Shown here piece after piece: positions 52,254 to 64,000 of a stretch of 64,000 nucleotides of DNA. The translations under genes and the position numbers were made by a program. Each line of letters starts with the position of its first letter. The first letter of the stretch is position 1. Below the pieces are notes generated by a model. It was not told the DNA's origin. It saw nothing but the letters and a program-made list of their open reading frames with translations, and searched no databases. This DNA is from Raillietiella orientalis (lineage: Eukaryota), in the NCBI GenBank assembly GCA_036172245.1, contig JAYWIR010000003.1, positions 2,294,001 through 2,358,000 on the forward strand. The letters are read 5' to 3'.

Positions 52254-55197
52254 CGCTTCTCTCGGGGATGGACCATTCCCACCACCTTCCGGGTCGCCGG
52301 AGTGACCTTCATTCCTGTCGGATGGAAGAAGTTCTCCTGGGTATGTGGGGGGAAGGTGGGCAAGGGAAGGCCACCTCCGTGCTCCCTGCCTCACACTCCT
52401 TCCCTCCCACCTCCCCCGTCTGCTCGCCCGGAGGCATCCCTGCCTCTTCCTCCCGGGCCCACGGTCGGAGAAGAGCGGTTGCCATGACTCCGGAGACCCG
52501 CGAGAGATTTGCCGAGCCATAAATTATTCCAGCCAGCTTAACGGGGAATTTATGGGATTCTTTTGCTGCTGGTTGATGGCTTGTTTACGGCGGGATTAGC
52601 GGGCCGGGGAGGGAAGGGACCTCGGGGAAGCGGAGCTGGGGTGCGGGGGAGGGTGCTCGACCTCGCCGGGGCGCGAGCCGGACCTCTCCCTCTTGCCCTC
52701 GGGGCGCCCTCTTCTAGGAGACTCCGCTGTAGGGAACGAGAGAAGGGCGAACAGGAAGGGAGGGATAGAAAGGGGAGCGGCGCGTCTGTAGCTCGCCCTG
52801 ACTCCCCTTCTGACTTTTCCCTGACAGGCCTGGTCGCGTTCCAGAACGCCGGACCAACTCTGCTGCTGCTCTCCCTCACTCTGCCTCCACTGCATCGACA
52901 TCTCCCTTCCTCCTCCTCCTCCCCCTACTCTCTTCCCTCAACTGTCTTCCATTTCTTCCACCATTCCCTTCCTTCTTCCTCTTCCTTCTTTCTCACTCTT
53001 CTTCCTTTCTTCCTCCTCCTCCCCCTTTTTTTTGCCCCCTTCCTTTTCCTTGTTTCTTCCCCTTCTTTCTCCCTGTTTCCCTTTTTCCCCTCTTTCCACC
53101 CTCCCTCCCCTCCTTCCTTCCCCCCGCGAGCGCTCCCGACCGTCTCCTCCCTGGACTCCGCGTTTCCGCGAGGCGATCCGTCAACGTCGCGAGGACGGGC
53201 AGCTCCGGCATGCGGCGGGAGGGACCGGGAGCGAGGGGGAGAAGGAGAGCGGGCGTGCGCTCTCCCACTCCCCCTTCCCATCTTCCTCTTCGCCCCTCCC
53301 CCCTACCGCCGCCGCCGCCGCTGCTCCCCCGTTCCGCTTCGCCGTCGACGCTCCGGGGACGCGTCGCTGCCTTGCCGCCGTCGCCGCCGGGTTTCCTTGG
53401 CGACGGCGGAGGCAGGGCGAGGCGACAGCGACGACGGCGGCAGCAGCGTAGCAAGGGGCAGGGGCGGGGGGGGGGGGGGGAAGGTGGGAAGGATCCACTC
53501 TCCCCGAATCTTTTCCCCTTCTCCATCCTCACTAGGAAGCGCCCATGCCAAAACTCCATTTTCTCCGGCAGTCGCTTTGCCCTGGTTCTTGATCCTCCCT
53601 CCCCTTCCCCCCCGTGGTCCCCCTTGCGGGCGCAATCGCGAGCTCTGTCCCTCCGTGGCAACTGCTGCCTCCGCTGCTTCAGAGCGGCGCACTTCACTGC
53701 ACCCGCATCTCGGGCACATCTCGCTCCCCCCCATCCCCTCCCCACTCTCTCCTTGCTACTCCACGCCACGCTGCTGCACACCGTTGCCAGGGAGACCCGC
53801 CGGCTCCTTTCCGCCTCCTTCTCTGCCCTTGCTCACCGCCAGGCTCTTCCGCAGCTGCCCCCACGCTCAGATCCTCCATGGACATCGCGTCCTTCCCAAT
53901 CCCTCGCCTCCTCCCCCGTCCTCCTCACCTCACTCCACCCCCGTCCTCCCCGCTTCCCGCGCGAGGCGCCGCTCCCGCGCGGCTCATCTCCCGCGGCATC
54001 GATTGGCGGGTCGCGGAGGATGCTCGGCGCGCGTCATCCGCCTTGACAACCGCCATCCATCATATCGGGTCATCTCCCTCCCTCCCTCCCTCCCTCCCGG
54101 CAGCTCCTCGGTATCCAGGCGACACGCTCCAGCCAACCGAGCGCCGCAGCCGCCTCCGCGCGCGCGGGGCGCGCAGGTAGCCGGACGACCCGCCGCCGCG
54201 GCGCGCCGAATGGGGGCTCGCGCGCGGCTCGGGAAGGGGCGGGGGCGGAGGGAAAGGGAAAGGAGGGATGGAAGGGGAGGAGGGGGGCGTGCGCGCCCCG
54301 CAGGGGTGGACGGGGATGCGGCCTTCTGCCTGCCTGCTCGGCGGAGCGCAATTCCTCCTACCCGCCGCTTCCCGATCCGCCGCGCAGCAGCGGCTGCGCT
54401 GGCGGGGCCGCATCCGGGCCTCAGCCAGAGTGTTGAAGGGAGGGGGGAGGGGGGCAACCGGGCGGCAGTGGCGCCACCTACCTCGCTTTCCGCCGCTCTT
54501 GGGAGAAATCGCCGTCTTTGCGGTAAAGCCGCCTCGTCCTCGCTGCTAGGCTTCTTCCTCTGGGCAACGCGGGAAAGGGCGCTCATAAGGGCGGGCGGAG
54601 GAATGAATGGCAGAAGCCGGGGCCAGGGAGGGCCTCTTCGCCAGCTGGCTCAGCACGCGCCCCACCTGGTCCTGACCGCACCCGCCCGCAGACCCTCGCG
54701 CCACTTCGGCCACCATTGCCACCGCTGCCAGGCGGCGTGTCACCTCATCCGAAAGCCGCAGTGCGCGCACAACTGGCCGAGGCGGGCGGGCCCGAGGTCC
54801 CTCTTCTGCCCTCTCTGAGGTCGCGTCCCTGGGGCGGCCGTAAATCTGCCCCCTGCCGTCCCCGCCGGTGGCAGAAGCGGCGGCGGCGGGGGTGACATCC
54901 TTTCTCCGCACTCACCCCTTCCCACCCCCTCTCCTCCCCGGGCGAGCGCGCGTCTCCGGGTCTCGGAGGCGGCCCCAGCCATAAAAGCCCCGCAGACAAA
55001 GCGCCCCCTTTCCCGGACGGGAGGTCGCGCGTGAGCTCTGCCGCCGCCGCCCCCTCTCCTTCCTTTTTGTGTTCTCTGCTTCCCCCCCCTTCCCTCTTTC
55101 CTCCACGCTCACCGCCCTCCCTCACAATGGCCGCCTCCGCACTCCGGAGAGCGCGCTGAAAGGAACCCGGACGACACCGCTGCGCCTGCTCCCCTCC

Positions 55198-55203
55198 TTT
55201 ATT
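55198..55203 (-). terminator. Candidate ftz polyadenylation signal
   Basis: AATAAA on the minus strand about 405 nt after the ftz stop, in otherwise GC-rich sequence. Not verified. Confidence 0.35.
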
Positions 55204-55608
55204 TTCCCGGGGAGTGAGAGGAGATCTCTCCTCCCCCTCCTTTCTCCTCCTCCTCTTCTTCCTGCTCCTCTTCCTCCTCCTCTCTGCGCCATGCTGCACG
55301 CGCCTCCGCCGTGCGAGGGGGCCGCGAAGGGTGGCGCGAAGTTGCTGCCAGGCATTGGTGACGTCACGGCCGTCGGTTCGCGAGCACGCGGGGCGTGCGG
55401 CGCAGGCGCGTGAGCTTCCGCTTCTCTCCCTCCCCCGTTCACCCCACCCTTCAGTCCTTCCCCCTCTTTCGCCTTCTGAGCGGGGGAAGAATGAGGGATC
55501 GGAGGTGCCGGAGGCGGGAAAAAGGGCGGGGAGGAGCCCGCTCGCCTCTGCTCCGGATGCTGCATCCTTTTCGCCTCGGCTCTCCCCCTTCCTTCCGGGT
55601 GATGCGCA

Positions 55609-56385
<777 letters not shown>

Positions 56386-56996
56386 TCAGAGGGCTCCCGC
56401 CCCCGCCCGAGGTCTCTGTTCCAGGAGGGACCTGCCCGTTAGAGATCAAATTGGATCTGCGCGTCCGCTCGTTTGCTCGGATTGGCTCGCTCCGATGATC
56501 GCCGTGGGGGACCGAGTGGTTGCCTGGAGATGGGAGTCGCTTTCTCTCCTCAGGCGGTGTGGGATGCTCAGCCGGATGTCGGAAAGAAGGGCAACGTGGA
56601 TGCGGAGAAACATCTACGCATCCATGGTGCCCAGCGGGGAGGCAGCAGTAGTCGGTTGCTGTTACCTCCCAGGACTTTCGTCCCGCGAAGGCGAGGGCAA
56701 GAGAGGGGAGGACAGATTGACCAGCGAGCGAGCGTTCCTCTCGGCGAGTCCCACTAATGTCATCGGAAAAGGAAGAGGCGACCTCCGTGCCGGAGATCCG
56801 CGCGCTCCGGCCTATACACCCGACAGTTAACCAAGGCCGACGGAGCGCGCTCGAAACGCGAGACGCCTGCGGAGAGGAGGGTGCGCTCCATCTCCCGCCG
56901 TCCTTCCCCCTTAGTCGTTGCCTCGGAGACGGCCCGGGTGGGCCTCACCACCCACAGCGGAAGGGAAATCTTGGAGGGTTGGCTTTCCCTCTTTTT

Positions 56997-57210
56997 ACCG
57001 GCGCTCATCTGGTAGGCGAGGATTCTGTGAGAGGGGGGAAATTAAGGAGCCAGCAAAACGCGACCCTGCTGCTGCTGCTCAGAAGCCGGTGACAGAAGGG
57101 GATGCCTCCCTTCCCCTGGAGGCAGGAAGAGCAAAGCATCGACATTGCGCCCATGGAGTTCGACCCCAGAAGGTCTCGAGCCCGCTCGGACTTTCGCCCA
57201 AAGAGTGTGG
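56997..57210 (-). pseudogene. ftz: Decayed duplicate of the 3' part of ftz exon 2 (pseudo-exon)
   Basis: Minus strand 57152-56997 translates [51 protein letters not shown] versus the Ftz tail [56 protein letters not shown]. Only patchy homeobox-like sequence remains at 57153-57210. Confidence 0.9.
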
Positions 57211-58037
57211 AGGAACAGGGAAAAGGGGAAGCGCGAGTCAAGTGCGGGAGAGGGAAGAGGGGGCTACCCTCTAGCGCCTCAGGGGAAGAGCGGGGTATCA
57301 GGGAGCCCGCATCCGGTTTTCTGTAGTGGGTAGAGAGACGGCGGGGAGCTGTGCGGACCGGGGGAGCAAAAAGGTGCAGGAACGCAGCGAGGAAGGGGGT
57401 CGCCTGCTTCCAGTGGACTCGAGGAAAAATGCCCAGAGGGCATTTTTGTGCTGCGTCTCCGTTTTCCGTGGGAAAGGTGGAGGGGGAACGAGGCGACTGT
57501 GCTGCCTTCGGCGGAGGAGATTCGACGTCTGCGGTGCGAGCGGCGCTCGTGCGGCGTTCAGGGTCACGCTTCTGGGAACGGCACGCCTGACCGTGACCAA
57601 CCGGTTTCCGCGTAGTGAGCGGTTCCGAAAGACTAAAGGGACGCTAAAATGGGGAGCGAGCGTTTCTCGCGGGGATGTCCCCGGGAAACGGCGAGGAACC
57701 CATCGCCGCCGCGCCGCAGGGGAAGGCGGGGGCGGCGCTTTCCCAGAGGAGGATAATTGCTTCCAGAACCCTCAGGCCGCCTTCCTGGGAGCGCCGGGCT
57801 GCGATCCCCGTTGCGAACGCACGTTGCTCTACAGGAGAGGAAGAGGGAGGGAGGGGGACGCGCACGTGTGCCGCTAGCTCGACTTCCAGGGACGGCCTTG
57901 CTCCCGGCGGACCACGTGTTCCTCTTGGGTCGCCCTTCCCGGGCTGCAACCCAGGAAGGGCGCTATGGGTCCGCTTCGGGGGCACCGCCTGCCGCCGTCT
58001 CTCACCGGGACGTCCATCGCGACGCGCGATTCGCTGT

Positions 58038-58080
58038 CCCATCCAGGCCGCGGCGTTTCCCACAGGTTTCGGCGGGCTCC
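58038..58080 (-). repeat. Right arm of the 43-bp inverted repeat (partner at 52211-52253)
   Basis: cccatccaggccgcggcgtttcccacaggtttcggcgggctcc is the reverse complement of 52211-52253 with 2 mismatches. Confidence 0.92.
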
Positions 58081-59936
58081 CAAGCGGAGAAGCAAAAGGA
58101 AAGGGGAGGGGAAAAAAAAAATATGCCCGCCTCCCCTCCCTTCCTTCCTTCCCCGTTCTGGCGAGGGAACTGCAGCTGTGCACTTTCGTCGCCTCCTCAA
58201 GTTCTTCCTCGGGCGCCGTTGGACAGCCCTCGCGGTTCCCGCCGGAAGGAAGCCCTCGGCTCCTTCGCACTGGAACGGTCCAGAGTCTACACTGAGGGAG
58301 TTCGCCAAACGAACCGAGGTGTTCCCTTATTCTGTTCGCGGCTTGCGACCGCCAGTATCTTTCTCCTTTCTTCTTGTCTTCATTCTCCTTCTTCTATTCC
58401 GTTCCTCCTCCTCCATTCCTCCTCCTCCTCGCCGTCACTCTGGGTAAAGCGCGCTTCCCAATCCTACTGTCCTTGCGTGCTCATGGTGGTGACCATGCGT
58501 TCGTGGATGCCGCGCTGCGCGAGCACCAGCACTGCAGAGAGTCTCCGGCATGCGAACGTCATCGATCCAGCGCTCTTCTGCCGGACAGCTGCGTGGCTCA
58601 CGGATCGCTCGCGATCTCATGAAACAGATGCCGGATGCGAAGCAGACATGCATCTACCTGACTGAGAGGTGTGTCTTGGTGCGGGCGCAGGAGAAAATGC
58701 ACCACCATCAGACACGCAGACGCTCTTATCTGCCACAACTCATAAGCAGCTCGCTCTGTGGCCGCCACATCACTGTTGCCGCCGTTTGACCTTGGTGGCA
58801 GTGCAGCGGAGGCAGGTCGGCGCTCTCCTGAAGCTCTCGCGGACCACGTACGCCCGACCATCGGTTTCGACGCAGCAGTCCCAGTTTGTGCACGTGTCTC
58901 ACGTCCTGCGTTCGTTCTCGTGGATTCGAAAATCCTGCTTCCCGCTCGCCTCCTTCCCTGTTGAGGAAGGCCTCGGCAAAAGGAGGAGAGGGTTTCTCCT
59001 CAAGAGGCGGGGAGGTGCGGCCGTAAATCCGTTCGGTTCCGAGCTCGCAGTCACCGCGGCATGTTCCGAGCTTGAGATCTTCGCTTCCCCAGAAGTTTCC
59101 TTCGAGATCTTCCCGCTCATTCCCTCAACACGCGAGTGCACTGCATTCTCATGATGGACCACTTTCCCAGTGACCACTTTGAAATCTTAGTTACAGCAGA
59201 CTCTAAAGAAGACCTCTTTATGTTTCCAGAAACTTTCCAGGAATCCTTCGCGAATCCAAATGGGAGTGGGAATGGGACACACGGTTTTGCTCATTGTCTG
59301 CTTTTAGGAAAATTGACCTCACCGATACCGCGCATGTAACTGTCGTCAGGAAAAGTTTTCCCTTCCCTGTTGAAGACTCTAGGAACTCAGAATGTGGGAT
59401 TCGAATTCATCCCGAGCTACGTTCCTTTTCTGGGAAGCCATCGACGGTCCTGTTGGCAGTTGCTCTCACTCAAAGCCGTACGAAACTTTCAGAAACCATA
59501 CACTTGCACCGAGGTCACTAAAGCTTCAAGGCTCCTCTCGGAAGGAAGACAGAGACAAAGACAAACGAAAAGAAAGGTCTATGCTGACGGGAACAAGTGA
59601 GACAGCGGGAAGACTTGCGGCTGCTGCAGAGGAAGAATGTGCACCGAGGAACGGCGACGCAGGGGAAGACCTTCAAAGTGGTTCGAAGAGTCCCTGTTTT
59701 TCGCCACCTCGGGGCATACAGGTAGGAGGGATTGGGTTCTCACGAGCAAGTGAAGAGAGTCGCAGCAGATGGGTGGCGTTTCGAATCCTAACGTATTCGC
59801 TTGATTGTAAAGGAACATCGTCTTGATGGTGCTTGGAAAAAAAGCCTGACACGAACAGCATGCCCTTCGCAGTTCGAGTTGTTAGTAAGAAGCAGAGCTC
59901 TGTACGTGTAGCTTGAATAGAATTATTCATCACTAC

Positions 59937-60297
59937 CTGAGTTGGTTTTCATCCATGGATAGTAGAGTGTCTTGCACCCGGACTGCTCCGGTGACGTGTT
60001 CACGAGGTCCTTAGTGAAGTGGTTGTCACAACAGCCAGCGATGCTGCCTTCTTCGGTTTCCTTGTTTTCACATTTGTAAGCACTACATGGATAGTAACTT
60101 TGGTTCACTTCCGTTTCCTGAAACAACTTGTGACCCGATGGATAAGAGTACGCAAAGTCTGAGCAGTACTTTGGCGCAAAAGAGTGAGAGGGATGCACTT
60201 CGACTGATTCTTGAAAGCGGTTCACTGAATTCATCATGGCAGGTTCGTTGCCATAGTGAGATGCCCAAAACCTCGCACTATTTATGAAAGAACTCAT
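59937..60297 (-). CDS. ftz: fushi tarazu, N-terminal coding exon with YPWM hexapeptide
   Basis: ATG-started ORF MSSFINS... (Hox MSSYF-like start) ending LYYPWMKTNS at a GT donor; 361 nt, phase 1, compatible with the homeobox exon 4 kb downstream. Confidence 0.88.
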
Positions 60298-60379
60298 GTT
60301 TTCTTCGACCCACTTTTCAATGTCTGGTTATCTCTTGTGCTGTTTTCCCCTCACCCAGAAAATATGATCCTACATTTTC

Positions 60380-60440
60380 AGGGATTGATGTGGGATTAGT
60401 AAAGTCACGTGGTTGCATGTTAACTACCAATCAGGGAACA
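60380..60440 (-). promoter_or_regulatory. Candidate ftz proximal promoter (CCAAT box plus E-box)
   Basis: CCAATCA at 60427-60433 and GTCACGTG at 60404-60411, about 110-135 nt upstream of the ATG, plus GGATTA near 60393. Confidence 0.45.
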
Positions 60441-63400
60441 AGCCTTCTTTTCTATGTCCCTGCACGCTTTGCATTGTGGTGACTCTGCTTTCCTTTATCC
60501 CAGGAATAAAGGGTCAGTTGCTGTGGCCCCTCTTAGTCACTTCCTGATCCGCGCAACTCATTCATCAAACTCTCTTTTCCTTCCCGCCAGCCTTGCCCGC
60601 CTACTCCGTCACATGTTCCCGAGTTCCGAAATCGGCAGCCAGCGATGGCAGCGTGAAGGTAAAGGCACAGAAGCACCACGCCGGCAGTCACGAGTGAGGA
60701 AGCGAACTCTTATTGCCTCCGTTGCGTCACCGTAGACGGACAGGGGGATTCGGGGAAGATTCAGGATGCGCCACGGATAAGCCATCTCCGCAAGGATGGA
60801 ATCAGTTCCTAAAATGAAGGCTTCCTGGCCCTGGCATTCACTTCCACCTTTCCATGGGAAACTGCTAGAGGAAGAGCATGCAAAACATGCCGTAGGAGAG
60901 AACCCCTGGGGCAAACAACGTACACTGCAGCTGAGTCAGCCAAGCGCAGAACAAGCAAGCAGGATGGAAATGCTGCCTCCCGACCCACGGCGATGCAGTT
61001 TTTGTTTCGTAAAGAACAGGGAGCGAACTGGACCAACTTCACAGCAACAGCGAGGTATTTATGTGGATCGTCAAGTCCGCTGCCGTAGAATTTGGAGAGG
61101 TTCTCACCTGAACAATGCAAGTACCTTCACGATCCGATACATCATTAGGGAGATAAATAGCTATCTGGATCGAGAGCTCCATACATCACTATCTAAAATT
61201 AGAGCCCGCGTGCATCTCACCAGCAAAAGCAACGAACGGACGGTGGACCTGGGCCGCAGACGTACCACCCTCCAGCTTTGCTGGGTTCGACCAGCTTGGT
61301 GCTCCCGAAATAGAAATTTGGCTGCCCGGTCGAAAACGAGTCCCTTCAGCGCCCATCTTCCACTCACTTGCAGCATCCGCAAACAAACCGCAGTGTCACG
61401 CATTGAAAATGTTTGCGAAAATTCGGTCGTGTACCTTTGCAGATTTCGCGTTTCGACTGCAAGACTTGTTGCGACCTCGTTTTTTTTTTTTGTTTCTTCA
61501 GGTCAGATCTTGCAGTTTCGTTTTGCCACTGCATGATCAATTCCCTCGGGATGTTTTCCGAGAAAGGACCATATGATCTATTGAGGGAGTGCTGAAGTTC
61601 AATTTTGGGATCGGTATTAATTAATAATAATGCATCCGCCGTCCATGCTCCTCGGTGGAGGAGGAGGAAGAGTAGGGACGTGGAAAAAATTCCTACCACG
61701 TCAAGAAGCTCCAAGAATATCCTTTGGATGGGCTCCATTGAAGGATGACACGTGGTGCATCTTCCTTCCCCACCTTCCACTTTAGCGTCGAATTGGGAGG
61801 AGATCCTTTGTGAGGTGGATTCCTCGAAGGAGAGGAATCATTCCGGATTTGTCACCGATTCCAGGATTCGATTGGGAAACCACTCTTGAATCAATTCTGG
61901 AAACTGCTGACATGACTCTCTGGGAGCGACAAATGGGAATGAAACAGCAGCCTTCAAAGTCTTTGTTTTTTGTGACTTGGACAGCTCGGAAAGCCATGAT
62001 GGGATGAGTATCGATGGTTCCATGCCGATGATTTTCGGATTTATGAACAGCCTAATCCAAGTGGTCATGGAGGCTCCGGCAAGTGTACCCGAAAATCAAA
62101 TGCATTCCTTCCAGCTCCATTGAATTCCTACAGCTGCTCAAAGCGAAGTGATCCAACCAAGTTCGAATGCATTGCGGCCTACATAAAACATGAACTGATT
62201 TGGGAAGCAAGGACGAGGCAGAAATCAACTTGAATCATTAATGCTTTTCTTCCTGACGTGCTCTTCCAAATTTCAAGGCATCAAGAATGCGAGTCACATT
62301 CTGACGTGCAAGGCAGCTACCGTTACGGGATGTCCAGGATCCGTTTTCCCTTTTGGCAGAAGTGCATGAAGCTCAGAACCCTCTGCTTTCCGGTCACGAT
62401 GTTCTTCAGTGCCTTGGGAGCTGGCCACCTCTTTCCTGTCCAGCCTCCACCGCTGAAGAGATTCATCTGCTCTCGGTGGGGAGTTTTTCCACCGCGCCTC
62501 AGGGAGCAAACATCTGGTACACCACCACCACCTCCTAATCACGTGCTCGTGTTCAGTCACGATGCTCGTCCTTCATCAGCATGAAAGGATGTGTTTTGTT
62601 GCATTGACGGTGTTCAGATCTGGCGCTTTCTAGGTTTCGGACTTGTAAGAAGAGTCCCGCACTCGAAGCTGATCACATGCAAAGTGATTTATTCACACAG
62701 CTCTCCGTGAAGTAAATCAGCTTCATAACAGAGTGATGCAAGCTTCTCGTCGCCACCATAATCTCGCCGCCATGTTTTTTAAAAATAGAATTAAAAGAGT
62801 GTTTCATCCAAGGCAGAGAGCTTCGCCGTTGCCTTAGTGATGAGCGGGGAGACTTCATTCTTCATTTCTTGAATGATAATTCGTATTACTTGGATGCTCC
62901 TTAGCTGCATTTCCTTGATTTATGCAAGCCACATGAGACTTCTGCAAGGTTATTACACGGTGTTGCATCTCACTTCGTTTCAGCAGCTGGATGTTAAGTT
63001 CACCTTGTGAGTTGTCCCGGGAGGTGGAAAATCTGAAGGAACACCAACGTTTGCGACCTTCAAAGACACAGATGTGTCGCTCACGTATACACTCATAGGA
63101 AACGTGTGATGGGAGGATTCAACTTGGAAGCGTCTACTGTTGATGCTTTTGAAAATTTAGGAAAGGGCGAAGATCCTTCGCAAGATCGCCTTGAATAGTG
63201 CTTGGAGTTTCCAGAATGACCCCCGGGCCATCTCAGCAAGTCTTTCCCGGTGTCACAAAGACGGCTATGAATTCCATGCGGTCAGAAACGAAATTTGGCT
63301 TCTCAACCACTTCGTCATGAGCTCGCATGAGCGTAAACCATCCAATAAAAGCCACCGTGGTCCGAAAGCGCTCTTCCCGTTTCAGCTAGACAAAGGTCTC

Positions 63401-64000
63401 CGACGTCCTGGATGACAAGACGGAGCAAGATTATCCGATTGCGATTGTGAACTCAAGCACCGCAGGGTGTTCAAATTCTTCTTGATTGCACGGGCTGCTT
63501 GGAAGGCTGGAAACTGGCTGGGAAACACGGTGATGTCCTTTAAGCGTCAAAGGTGCACGACACGTCCGTCCTTGCTTGATAATGACAGAGCACTACTACG
63601 CATCTAATAACCCGCAGTGCTCACAGTTTTTCTTTTCACTAGAGATTTGCTTTCTCGATATAGGCCTTAAATAAACCCAGAGGGTTTCACGCTAAACATT
63701 ACTTTTAAATTAAACTCGGTGCTTGCGAGGTCACCGAGAAACCGTCGAAGCTTCATTGGCCAGCAATAACTTTACAAGCTGGAGGTGATTATCTCTCCAC
63801 ATGAAGCAAAATTCGTTTCTCCTTATGAGAGCATGTGGAAGAAGGCAACTGAAAAAAAAAATAAACAGATGCATAGATGAAGTGTAGAGTTGGGCACCGT
63901 TCCGCTGAATAAGTTGATTCCGTGGACCGTGCGTTTTCACAAGCGCGCTCCGTGGAGAGTAAAGGAAAAAGGGTTGCCAAGTCCGCTGAATACGGTGAGA

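Noticed and set aside
52563..54818. 751-aa plus-strand ORF
   Set aside because: Non-ATG start, low-complexity P/R/S/G composition, overlapping long ORFs in other frames; explained by stop-codon scarcity in the GC-rich domain.

Overview
Eukaryotic, intron-rich genomic DNA from an arthropod Hox cluster. The Scr and Ftz motif content points to a non-insect arthropod, but the species cannot be fixed from sequence alone. Two homeobox genes lie on the minus strand in the ancestral order and orientation. fushi tarazu (ftz) has coding exons 60297-59937 and 55970-55609 (about 240 aa), with an intact YPWM motif and no LXXLL. Sex combs reduced (Scr) has coding exons 36396-35679 and 14013-13664 (about 355 aa), separated by a 21.7 kb intron. 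The rest is non-coding, and nearly all other ORFs in the track look spurious. Most notable observations: (1) a decayed tandem copy of ftz exon 2 inside the ftz intron, whose post-homeodomain tail is still in frame and could be spliced as a homeodomain-less or poison exon; (2) a 43-bp inverted repeat pair carrying Su(H)-type sites that brackets ftz exon 2 inside a ~10 kb GC-rich domain; (3) long perfect palindromes in the Scr intron (abutting 50 bp and 32 bp palindromes, and a 20-bp stem with a 4-nt loop); (4) clustered Exd/Hth/Hox consensus sites; (5) a 48-bp minisatellite between the two genes. I found no miR-10, Dfd or Antp sequence in the window.
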